A DNA stretch of 64,000 nt, taken from NCBI GenBank assembly GCA_963761335.1, contig CAVXGR010000016.1:96001-160000 (forward strand), read 5' to 3'. This document shows, one piece after another, positions 38,685 through 48,505 of this stretch. Both the position numbers and the translations under genes were made by a program. The notes beneath the pieces are model-generated. The model saw only the letters and a program-made list of their open reading frames with translations, did not search any database and was not told the DNA's origin. The stretch's first letter is position 1. Every line of letters starts with the position of its first letter. This DNA is from an uncultured delta proteobacterium (GTDB lineage: Bacteria > Desulfobacterota > Binatia > HRBIN30 > BPIQ01).

Positions 38685-40001
38685 CTATCGACAAGTGCGA
38701 GGTGGTGACGGGGTGCCTGCCGGGGCCGGCGCCGAGCTTGCGTTTTCGTTCAGCGCCATCATGAACTTGCCCGACGGGGCGCGGGCAATGTGCTCGACGC
38801 GCTCGAGCTCGACGGCGGCGGCGGAGCGCAGAACGGTTTCGAAATGGCGGCGGATCTCCGCCTCATCCTCCGCGTTCATGTCGTGCTCGCCGACGAACCT
38901 GACGGCAAATTCCCCGATGCGCCGCTGGATCACCTGGTACTGCTTGACCCACTCGCGGGCGCTGAGCGGTTGAAACAGCGCCCACGGGACCACCTTCTTG
39001 CCGTCGCCGTCGATGAACAGGTTGATCTCGCGGCCGGCGACGGCGCCGAGCAGCGGAAGGGTGCGGCCACAGCTGCAGGAGCCGCCGGCACTGACGGCGT
39101 AGTCGCCGATCTCGTAGCGGATGAGCGGCATCAGGCGGTTGTGCAGCGTCGTCACCAGAACGCGGCCCATCCGCCCGGGAGGCAGCGGGCGACCGGCTTC
39201 GTCGACGATCTCGAGGAGGACGTGCTCGGCGTTGACGTGATAGCTTCCGGCGGGACACTGCCAGGCGAGGAAGGCCTCCGTGGAGCCGTAGTTGTCCGCC
39301 ACCTCGACACCGAAGACGCGGCGCAATCTCTCGCGCAGCGAAGGTTCGAGCACCTCCGAGCCGGAGAAGATCTTGCGCAGCGACGGCAACCGCCATCCTT
39401 CGGCCTGGAACATTCGCGACAGCCCGTCGAGATTGACCGGGTAGGCGTAGAGGCACACCGGGTCGAGCTGCCGCAGCCAGCCCGCCTGCTCCTCGAGTGC
39501 GGTGAGATGGGAGAGGAAATGCGCGCCGAACCATCGCGCCCTGCGGGTGAACACCGCGTCGGGTGAGCGCATGCCGGTCGAGACGATCCAGCAGCTGCGG
39601 CGCAGCGGGCTCCAGCCGTTGGCGCGCAGATAACGGGCGCGCGCCGCGAAGCGGCTCGCCTGATGACCGGCGTCGTACAGGAACGATACCGGCATTCCGG
39701 TCGACCCCGAGGTCCGCGACGAATCGGCGAGCTGCGCCGCCGCGGGATGAAGCGATCTCACCGAATCGGCGAGGGCCGGAATCTCGCGGCGCGAGACGAT
39801 CGGAAGGCGCGCCAGATCGCCTGGTCGGGCCGCCGCCGAGCCCAAGCGCGAGCGATAGAAGGGGATCTGCCCGGCGGCTTCCAGAGTGGCGGCGAGATGC
39901 TCTTCGACGTAGCGCCGCATCCTGTCCACCGCCCAGTATTGGGAGCGCCGCAGCTGCAGGTACTGCGGCGCGGCGCCGAGAAGTCCGCCGAATCTCGCCA
40001 A
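38685..40001 (-). CDS. Phenylacetate--CoA ligase family (PaaK/CapK-like) adenylate-forming enzyme; start uncertain
   Basis: TSGSTG P-loop, YGSTE, MPLIRYEIGD, CSCGR, GR, SGK. Confidence 0.88.
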   Translation of the reverse strand: MARFGGLLGAAPQYLQLRRSQYWAVDRMRRYVEEHLAATLEAAGQIPFYRSRLGSAAARPGDLARLPIVSRREIPALADSVRSLHPAAAQLADSSRTSGSTGMPVSFLYDAGHQASRFAARARYLRANGWSPLRRSCWIVSTGMRSPDAVFTRRARWFGAHFLSHLTALEEQAGWLRQLDPVCLYAYPVNLDGLSRMFQAEGWRLPSLRKIFSGSEVLEPSLRERLRRVFGVEVADNYGSTEAFLAWQCPAGSYHVNAEHVLLEIVDEAGRPLPPGRMGRVLVTTLHNRLMPLIRYEIGDYAVSAGGSCSCGRTLPLLGAVAGREINLFIDGDGKKVVPWALFQPLSAREWVKQYQVIQRRIGEFAVRFVGEHDMNAEDEAEIRRHFETVLRSAAAVELERVEHIARAPSGKFMMALNENASSAPAPAGTPSPPRTCR

Positions 40002-40040
40002 AGTGGCGGCGATGTTATCACCGCCGCGAGGACGAAGTCA

Positions 40041-40459
40041 GGTAGCGGGGGATTTTGAAATGAAACGCGGCAAGCTTCGATCCACCACAACCCCCATTCG
40101 CTGAGTTGAACCCGACTTCCCCAAGCTGCATCTGTGGCCGAGAGCTCGGAGATCATTCGCCCCGGAGGGGCGCAGGCATGTAGCCCCGGGTCGGAGACCC
40201 GGGGATCCCGAAGTCGACGTCCGTTGGCGCCCCGCCAGGGGCGCGGGCGCGGCTTTGACACAGGCCTCTGCACCCGGGGTTGCACGCCTGCGCCCCTGGC
40301 GGGGCGCATCGGGAAGGCGGACCCGGGATCGATCCCCGGGTCTCCGACCCGGGGCTCCATGCCTGCGCCGCTTCGCGGCGCGATCCCCACCGGCCAAGTT
40401 AGTTAGATTGTCATGGATTTTGAAATGAAACGCGTTTGATCTCAAAATCCACCACTACC
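40041..40459. mobile_element. Non-autonomous IS-like element (MITE), 419 bp
   Basis: Terminal inverted repeats ggtagcgggggattttga (40041-40058) and tcaaaatccaccactacc (40442-40459), 16/18 match; 8-bp direct repeat cgaagtca at 40033-40040 and 40460-40467; no transposase inside. Confidence 0.78.
40169..40369. repeat. Inverted REP doublet (REPIN-like), same family as 38265-38655
   Basis: 40169-40207 and 40331-40369 are 39-bp inverted copies with one mismatch, each holding a ccccgggtc/gacccgggg hairpin. Confidence 0.88.
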
Positions 40460-40526
40460 CGAAGTCATCGGCTGTTGACGAAAGCACCTCGAGTCCTGTA
40501 GAGGTGCGGCGAAAGCGAGGTATCGT

Positions 40527-40709
40527 ATGCTACGGCGAACCATCGATCTGAAAGCATTGGCGCAGATCCATTCGATCGAAGTCGATCGCATGGCGAAGGC
40601 GATCCGGCGCGATGGCGGCGGCGTGCTGTGGACCGCCGAGATGCGCGCCACCACCCGCGGCGGCAAATGCTTGGTGATGCCCGCCGAGGACGAGCCCGAT
40701 TCAATCTAG
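40527..40709 (+). CDS. 60-aa peptide, candidate RiPP precursor
   Basis: GAGGT RBS before ATG; co-oriented 66 nt upstream of an HExxH enzyme; basic N-terminal part and acidic C-terminal tail. Confidence 0.55.
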   Translation: MLRRTIDLKALAQIHSIEVDRMAKAIRRDGGGVLWTAEMRATTRGGKCLVMPAEDEPDSI

Positions 40710-40775
40710 GGCCCGCGGCCGGTCGAAATCCGACGGATTGCCAACGGCCACGGCCGGCGGCGTGCTCCAATTCAG

Positions 40776-42215
40776 ATGGGCCCCAAAGAGCTGCTGTGGG
40801 CCGACTCCGATGTCTATCAGCGCCGCCTCGAGAAGAGCGCGCTCGCACTGATCGCCGTCGGACGTGCAGTTGAGGAAGATCGCAGACTCGCCGGCAGCGC
40901 CTCCGATTTTCTGGATCTGCACGAGTGGGTGTCGAGCGCCGAACCACGGCACTTCACTCAGGTCTGGAGCGACCCGGTTGCCTATTTCTGGGTGCGGCGC
41001 GCGGTGCACTTCCTGGCCGGCTGCCACGGCGAGCCCCTGGGTACCGTGGAGCGCGCCTATTGCGCGGAAGTAGGGGCGCTCACCGCGGCTGCGGCGCTGG
41101 AGATCCACCTCAACGAGCTCAAGCGTTTCGCCCTTGCGATTGCGCTCGTCGGCGGGTCCGAGATCGCCTTTGCCGAGCCCTACGAGGCGACGCTGCCGCT
41201 GGCGTTTCCCGGTACGGATCTCGTGATCAGCGGGGCCGCGCGGGTGACGATCGCGGGCGTGGCGGGCGGCGCCATCGAGTTGCACGACCCGGCGCGAATG
41301 ATTGCGGTCGAGGACGCCCCGCGCAGTGGCCTCCGTGTCGAGCGCTGTCCCGCCGTCCCCCTCGGCGACTCTCGGGTGTTTCTCAACGCCGCGCGCTTTC
41401 GCCTGCCGGGCATCGGATTTCCGCTCGAATGGACCAAGCGGCCCCTCGAGTTCCAGTTCCAACACCTGCCCACCGTCGTCGAGAGCTTCGAGGCGATCCG
41501 GCGTTTTCAGCCGATGACGTTTGCCCACATGGAGCAGGCGCTGCACACGATCGCGCTTCGATCGAGCGATGGAATCCTGTTCAACATCAGCGCCTCCGAG
41601 CTGCCTGGGGCTTTCGTGTGCACCGTGCCGGCCGATGCGTATGCGCTGGCCGGCGCATTCATTCACGAGTTTCATCACAACACCCTCTTCGCGATCGAGG
41701 AGGCGGGGGCGTTTTTCGAATCGAGCGAGCGCGATGAGGTCGAGGGCGAGAACCACTACTCGCCCTGGGTGGAAACACTGCGGCCGCTGCACGGCATCCT
41801 GCACGCGGTCTATGTCTTCCTGCCCGTGTTTCGCTTCTGGCACGCCGCCATCGACGATGGCTCGCTGGACGAGTCGAGGCTCGCCTACGGCAGGGACCTG
41901 CTGGCGCGAATCCCCGCCCAGCTACGCATCGGCGTCAACCAGCTGCGCCGCCACGCGCGCTTCACGCCGTTCGGATCGATGCTCTTCGAGGAGATGGCGA
42001 AGGAGGTGGCCGAGGCCGAGGAAACCGCGCGTGTGCTGGGCGCGACGCTGCACACGCCGGCGATGGGCATCAGTCCGAGCGGCACTGCCCGGCCCGTCCG
42101 ACGAGACGGGCGGACGGTCACCGTCGGGGAGTCTGTGCTCGAGCACCTGCTGAAGGGCGACATCCACGGCGAGTGCGCCGAAGAGAGGGCCGCACTCGCT
42201 CGGCAGGTCGCCTGA
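40776..42215 (+). CDS. HExxH-motif protein (aKG-HExxH peptide hydroxylase-like)
   Basis: SASELPGAF, FIHEFHHNTLF, YSPWVETLRPLHGILHAVYVF, FTPFG match the RiPP-associated HExxH pattern HE..H..L...SPW....RP..G..H. Confidence 0.82.
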   Translation: MGPKELLWADSDVYQRRLEKSALALIAVGRAVEEDRRLAGSASDFLDLHEWVSSAEPRHFTQVWSDPVAYFWVRRAVHFLAGCHGEPLGTVERAYCAEVGALTAAAALEIHLNELKRFALAIALVGGSEIAFAEPYEATLPLAFPGTDLVISGAARVTIAGVAGGAIELHDPARMIAVEDAPRSGLRVERCPAVPLGDSRVFLNAARFRLPGIGFPLEWTKRPLEFQFQHLPTVVESFEAIRRFQPMTFAHMEQALHTIALRSSDGILFNISASELPGAFVCTVPADAYALAGAFIHEFHHNTLFAIEEAGAFFESSERDEVEGENHYSPWVETLRPLHGILHAVYVFLPVFRFWHAAIDDGSLDESRLAYGRDLLARIPAQLRIGVNQLRRHARFTPFGSMLFEEMAKEVAEAEETARVLGATLHTPAMGISPSGTARPVRRDGRTVTVGESVLEHLLKGDIHGECAEERAALARQVA

Positions 42216-42320
42216 ATCTGCTCAGGCCGGGATGCCCGCCGCTGTGTCGATGCGAGCGGATAGTCTGCACGGAGGCAGGCGCAGCGTCGACAACGCGCGT
42301 TCTTCGAGCCGACGCCGCAA

Positions 42321-45300
42321 GGGCCAGCCACTGCGGCGCGCCTTTCCGACAGCGGGGGAATCGCCGTCGGCGCCGACGGCAGCCTGTACATCGCCGACTA
42401 CGGCAACAACCGTGTCCGCCGGGTGGGCCCCGACGGCATCATCACCACCGTCGCCGGCAACGGTATGGCTGGGTTCAGCGGCGATGGCGGGCTGGCCACC
42501 GCGGCCCGCCTGATACCTTCGGGAGTCGCGGTCGGCCCTGACGGCAGCCTGTACATCGCCGACTACGGCAACAACCGGATCCGCCGGGTGGGCCCCGACG
42601 GCATCATCACCACGGTCGCCGGCAACGATATGACTGGGTTCAGTGGCGATGGCGGGCTGGCCACTGCGGCTTCGCTGACACCCTTAGGACTCGCGGTCGG
42701 CCCCGACGGCAGCCTGTACATTGCCGGCAACAGGCGCATCCGCCGGGTGAGCCCCGACGGCATCATCACCACCGTGGCCGGGAACGGCATGTTCGGATCC
42801 GATGGTGACGGCGGGCCGGCCCTCGCGGCAAGCCTGACTTCTTCAATAGTCGCGATCGGTCCTGACGGCAGTCTGTACCTTGACTCCGATGATAACCGCA
42901 TCCGCCGGGTCGGTCCCGACGGCATCATCACCACCGTGGCCGGCAATGGTATGTTCGGACCCGGTGGCGACGGTGGTCCAGCCACTGCGGCAAGTCTGTC
43001 CACTCTGTTGGACGTTGCGGTCAGTACCGACGGTAGCCTGTACATCGCCCAAGCGTTCGTCTCACAGGACGTCGATCACCGCATCCGCCGCGTCGGTTCT
43101 GATGGCATCATCACCAACGTCGCTGGCAACCTATATCTATCTCGTGAGTTTAGCGGCGATGGCGGACCGGCGACCGCGGCGAGCTTGAACGAACCGGTGG
43201 GAGTCGCGATCGGCGCCGACGGCGGTCTGTACATCGCCGACAGCGGCAACTACCGCATCCGCCGGGTCGGTCTTCCACTGCCGGGATTCTCGGACACGGA
43301 CATCGCCATCCCTTCCGACGACGGCACCGAGCTGTACCAGTTCGACGCCACCGGTCGCCACCTCCGGACGCTGAATGCTCTGACGGGGGCTACTGTATAC
43401 AGCTTTTCCTACGATACATCCGGACGCCTCTCGGCAATTGCCGACGGCGACAACAACGTCACTACGATCGAGCGTGATGGGGCTGGCATCCCGATGGCCA
43501 TCGGCGCCCCGGACGGCCAGCGCACGACCCTGACGCTGGAGGCGGGTTATCTGCATACTGTGTCCAACCCCGCCGGCGAGCAGGTGGTGATCGACTACGG
43601 CGACGGTGGTCTGATGACCTCCTTCACCAATGCGCGCGGCAAAACCAGCGAGTACACCTATGATGACTTCGGCCGGCTGCGAACCACGACCAGCCCGGAC
43701 CAGGCCGGGCAGACGCTGGCGCTTGACGACACCACCGACGGCTACGAAGTCAGCCGCACGACCGCCCTCGGCCGGCTCACCGATTATCTGGTCGAGGAAA
43801 TCAGCACCGGCGGTCAGAAACGCACCACGACCTTTGCTGACGGTACCAAGACGACCATCGATGTGGGCCGTGACGGCACTACCAAGACGACCCTGCCCGA
43901 CGGCACCATCACCAACCTAATCGAGGGGCCCGACCCCCGCCCCCGGTTCGGCATGCAGGCGCCGGTGACCACCTCCCTGGTGACCACTACCGGTGGACGC
44001 ACGCGGACCGTTCAGGGCAGCCGAACCGCCTCGCTGGCGGCGCCCGACAACCCGCTGAGCCTGATCAGCCTGACCAATACCGCAGTTCTCAACGGCCGGA
44101 TCGCAACCAGCGTCTACACGGCCGCAACGCGAACGCTGCAGAGCACCAGCCCCGGATCGCGCAAGGTCACCTTGATCACCGATACGCAAAGCCGGCCCAC
44201 GACGATCCAGGTGCCCGGCATCGCGGATGTGACCATGGCGTACGACGGCCGCGGCCGCTTGCAGACCGTGACGCAGGGCAGCGGCCCGGACGCGCGCACC
44301 ACCTCGTACGTTTACGGTGCCAATGGCTATCTGCAAAGCATAACCGATCCGATTGGCAGGACCGTGAGCTTTGAGTACGACGCCGCCGACCGCGTCATGC
44401 AGCAGACCCTGCCCGGCAGCCGACAGGTGGGGTTCGGCTACGACGCCAACGGCAACCTCACCTCCGTCACTCCGCCAGGCAAGCCCGCACACGTATTCAC
44501 CTACACGGACGCCGATCTGCCGGAAGAGTACGTCCCTCCAGCCGTCCCCGGCGGAGGCGCAACGACGTATGCCTACAACGCCGATCGGCAGCCGGATCTG
44601 ATCACCCGCCCCGACGGCAGCACGTTGTCGTACCTGTACGACGGCACCGGCAAGCTGAAGAAGCTCACCATCAGCCGCGGCGAGTACGAGTATGACTACT
44701 CGGCGACGACCGGACAGCTGACCTCGGTGTCGGATCCGGGGGGTGGCACGTTGACGTACCAGTACGCAGGCAGCCTGCTGACCGGCGTGACTCGCACCGG
44801 CACGGGCGCGGGCAGCCTGACCTTCGCCTATGACAACGATTTCCGCATCCAGAGCGTGACCGCCAGCGGCTCCAGCGCCATCACCTACGGGTACGACGCC
44901 GACAGCCTGCCGATTTCGGTGGGCAATTTGACCCTGACCTACAGCAACATGAACGCCCTATTGACCGGTACCACGCTCGGCGCGATCGAGGACAGCTACT
45001 CGTACAACGCCTTGGGCGAAGTGGCTGCGTACACGGCTTCCATCGGCGGTTCACCGGCGTATTCCGTGACCTACGGTCATGACAAGCTCGGCCGCATCAC
45101 AGAGAAACAGGAAACACTTCTGGGTGTCAGTACGACGATCGACTACGGCTACGACGACGCCGGGCGCCTGTACGAGGTCCGGGAAAACGGGGCGGTGGCC
45201 CGCACGTACACCTACGACGCCAACGGAAACCGGCTCACCAAGACTGGCCCCAACATCGATGAGACCGGCACCTATGACGACCAAGACCGGATGCTGAGCT

Positions 45301-46343
45301 TTGGCGGGGCGATCTATGCGTACACTGCCAGCGGGGACCTTCAGACCAAGACGGTCGCTGATCAGACGACGACCTATGACTACGACGAACTGGGCAATCT
45401 CGTCAGCGTAGACCTCACGGACGGCACTCGCATCGACTACGACATCGACGGCCTGAACCGCCGCGTCGGCAAACGGGTCAACGGCACGCTGGTGCAAGCC
45501 TTCCGCTACCAGGACCAGATCAAGCCGGCAGTGCAGCTCGATGGCAGCGGCGACGTCGCCGCGAGGTTCGTCTACGGGAGCCGCATCAACGTGCCCGACT
45601 ACATCATCAAAGGAGCGGTGACGTACCGGGTGATCGCCGATCAGCTCGGCAGCCCGCGCCTGGTGGTGGACACTTCGACCGGTGCCGTAGCCCAGCGGAT
45701 CGACTACGATGAGTTCGGGACTGTGTTGACGGATACGAGCCCGGGATTTCAGCCATTTGGGTTTGCGGGTGGGGTCTACGATCGCGACACCCGCCTAGTG
45801 AGGTTCGGGGCGAGGGATTACGATGCGAACCCCGGGCGGTGGCTGGCAAAGGATCGCATTCCGCTTTCAACTACCACGAACGGCTCGACTGGGCTGGGCG
45901 GTGGGAATACGAACCTGTACGAGTATGCGGGCAGCGATCCAATCAACCTGACGGACCCGTTGGGGACGAAGCCATTGGGAAGGGACCATTCCATCGTCGG
46001 CCGATTCACAGAAGGAAGTGCCACAATTCGGCGGTCTCTCGACAACGCGTGCCAAGTCTTTCAAGCGCGAATCGGCGAGCCAATCCTGTCCGGCGACGTT
46101 GTCGAAACGGGGCCGAGAGACGCCGCTTTGATTACCTTTGCCAATGACGAGAGGGTGGTTGTTTCTGAGGGCACGAGCGTCCCTATCGACGCGCTCGTCA
46201 AACTGAATCTGGACCAAGAACGCCGCAGCAGCAGCTTTTTTGGCGTGCTGCGGGGCATATTTGTATACACGAGTGGCCTTATTGAGCAGTCGTCGCCTCA
46301 GTATGACTACAATTTCGGCGGTATGGGAGGAATAAGGGGCTAG
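42321..46343 (+). pseudogene. 5'-truncated teneurin-like NHL + YD/RHS repeat protein with FecR-like C-terminal tip
   Basis: NHL repeats (55 aa / 165 nt period), YD repeats, RHS core FGFAGG.YD...FGARDYD...GRW...NLY.Y...DPIN.TDPLG; the frame opens mid-repeat after a TAG at 42261, with no signal peptide and first start codon GTG at 42423. Confidence 0.72.
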
Positions 46344-46464
46344 AATTTGGGCGGGGTCGGACTATCGCAACCTCCAAGTCCGAGGACTTGCGGGGCTTTC
46401 GTTTTCTCGACTCGATCGCAGGCAAGGAGTTGACCTGGCCTGGGGCCTCGGCGATGGTCGGGAT

Positions 46465-47334
46465 GTGTCGACGCCCCTGATCATCGAAGCCGCCATCAAC
46501 GGTGCCACCACCAAGGCGCAGAACCCAAACGTCCCACGCGCGGTCGACGAGATCGTCGAGTGCGCGTGCGCCTGCATCGGGGCCGGTGCGGCGATCGTCC
46601 ACCACCACACCGACGACAGCATCTTCGACGCGCGCCATGCGACGGCACCGTACCGCGAGGCATGGAGGCGCATTCATGCCAGGCATGCCGGCATCATACT
46701 TTATCCCACGATGGGCAGCGGCGGGGCGCAAACCAATCCGAAGGAGCGTTACGCGCACATCGAAGAGCTGGCGGACGAGGGCCTGCTGGAACTGGCGATC
46801 ATCGATCCAGGTTCCGTGAGTCTCGGCCCGTACGACTCCGAAGGCCTGCCGATGGCGGTCGACTTCGTCTACCAGAATACCTTCGCCGACGTGCGCTACA
46901 TGGCGGAGTCGTGCTGTGCGCGCGGGGTCGGCGCGCACGTCTCGATCTTCGAGCCCGGCTTCCTGCGCGTGGCCCTCGCGTATCACCACGCCGGCCGTTT
47001 CCCTCGCGCGCTCAAGCTCCAGCTCTACTTTGGCGGGCCGGCGTTGCCGTTCGGTCTGCCGCCGACCGAGAAGAGCCTCGACGCCTATCTCGCCATGCTC
47101 GAAGGCACCGGACTGCCATGGATGGTCGGGGTTCTCGGCGGCGACGTGCGCGAATCACTGGCGGAGGTCGCGATCCGACGCGGGGGACACGTGCGCGTGG
47201 GGCTGGAAGACTATTTCGGGACCAGAACGCCGCGAAACGAGGATCTCGTCTCAGAGATCGTCGAGATGGCGGCTCGATGCGGGCGCCCGGTTGCGACGGC
47301 GGCCCAAACCGCAGTCGCGCTTGGGCTGCGCTGA
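46465..47334 (+). CDS. Beta-keto acid cleavage enzyme (BKACE / 3-keto-5-aminohexanoate cleavage family, DUF849)
   Basis: IIEAAING, NPNVP, AGAAIVHHH, GGHVRVGLED, NEDLV. Confidence 0.9.
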   Translation: MSTPLIIEAAINGATTKAQNPNVPRAVDEIVECACACIGAGAAIVHHHTDDSIFDARHATAPYREAWRRIHARHAGIILYPTMGSGGAQTNPKERYAHIEELADEGLLELAIIDPGSVSLGPYDSEGLPMAVDFVYQNTFADVRYMAESCCARGVGAHVSIFEPGFLRVALAYHHAGRFPRALKLQLYFGGPALPFGLPPTEKSLDAYLAMLEGTGLPWMVGVLGGDVRESLAEVAIRRGGHVRVGLEDYFGTRTPRNEDLVSEIVEMAARCGRPVATAAQTAVALGLR

Positions 47335-47689
47335 GAGAGAAGGAACGAGGGGCCTCTTCGCTGACCTCACCATGACGACCGATCGCTAGCTGCCGCCGAG
47401 GCAATCCTCGTACAGCGCCAGGTGGCGGCGGGCGAGATGCCTGCAGGCCGGCGAGAGGAAATCACGGTGCCCGCCACGGTGACCGGTGAAACCGTATCAC
47501 AGGCGTCGCTCGGAAAGGCGAGTCGTACACTCCTTCGGCGGATCTGTCGAAAGTGATTCATTGTGCAGAAAGAGGAGTTGGAGAGGCGACGGTTGGTAGC
47601 GGCCCAATATTTCGGCGATGCGGGGCCTGGTGCCGGTCCTTGAGATTCGAGTTGCGATGGCCGGTCGTCGTCCCCGCTCGCCCCTGAGG

Positions 47690-48457
47690 TCACACATCCT
47701 CGGGGCGGAAGCCCCAGGCGCGCAGGATCGCGGCTTCGTCCTCGGCACTCATCGCCTTCTTGAAACGGGCTCCGGAGACGCCTCGGACGCGCTTCTCGCA
47801 CTCGGCCCAGGTGGCGTGGCGCATCGGCTGGCCGCCGACGGCGCTGAGGTACGAGTACGGCCGCCCGGCCGCCGCGCCGCGCCCACCGCTCGAGCCGCGC
47901 TTGCGCGGTGCGTCCGGGGGGCGGCGGCGCGGTACGCCGGCCGCCGGACGCTGGTCGAGATCGACCGCGTAGCCCGGCAGCGGTCCGCGGTAGAGCTCGG
48001 TCGGCTCCATGGCGGCGAAGGACACGGCGATCTCGTCGGCGCGCTCGTTGCCGGGATTGCCGGTGTGCCCGGGCACGTAGGTCCAGACGACGGCGTCGTC
48101 GGCGCTGCGCCCGGTGGCCAGGCGCCACAGCTGCTCCCAGTACGAGCGGTTGAGCACGTCCTTGCCCTCCGCCGTCTTCCATCCCTTGCGGCGCCAGCCG
48201 TGGATCCACTGGGTGATGCCGTGGATGACGTAGGTGGAATCGGTGTACAGCGACACCTTCCCGGGAGTCCCCGCGATACCCTGCAGCGCGGCGATCACCG
48301 CCGCCAGCTCCATCTTGTTGTTGGTCGTGTGCTGCGAGCCGCCGCCGAGCTCGGTGACCATGCCGTCGGGGGTTGCGACGATGGCGCCCCAGCCCCCCGG
48401 GCCGGGATTCCCCTTGGCTGCCCCGTCGGTGAAGATGATGATCCCGCCTTCCGCCAT
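47690..48457 (-). CDS. rnhA: Ribonuclease HI with C-terminal hybrid-binding-like domain
   Basis: FTDGAAKGNPGPGGWG, TNNKMEL, YTDSTY, GHTGNPGNERAD; C-terminal TW.ECEKRV.GVSGARFKK. Confidence 0.92.
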   Translation of the reverse strand: MAEGGIIIFTDGAAKGNPGPGGWGAIVATPDGMVTELGGGSQHTTNNKMELAAVIAALQGIAGTPGKVSLYTDSTYVIHGITQWIHGWRRKGWKTAEGKDVLNRSYWEQLWRLATGRSADDAVVWTYVPGHTGNPGNERADEIAVSFAAMEPTELYRGPLPGYAVDLDQRPAAGVPRRRPPDAPRKRGSSGGRGAAAGRPYSYLSAVGGQPMRHATWAECEKRVRGVSGARFKKAMSAEDEAAILRAWGFRPEDV

Positions 48458-48505
48458 TGCCGCACCTCTTCCCCTCCGCCCGCGAATGACCCAACATGCG
48501 TTCGT

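Noticed and set aside
38182..38708. Small ORFs across the REP arrays (also 39758-40445)
   Set aside because: Translations of palindromic repeats with no protein-like features
47335..47690. 355-nt gap as a possible ncRNA or small gene
   Set aside because: No recognisable RNA motif, RBS-backed ORF or repeat could be supported
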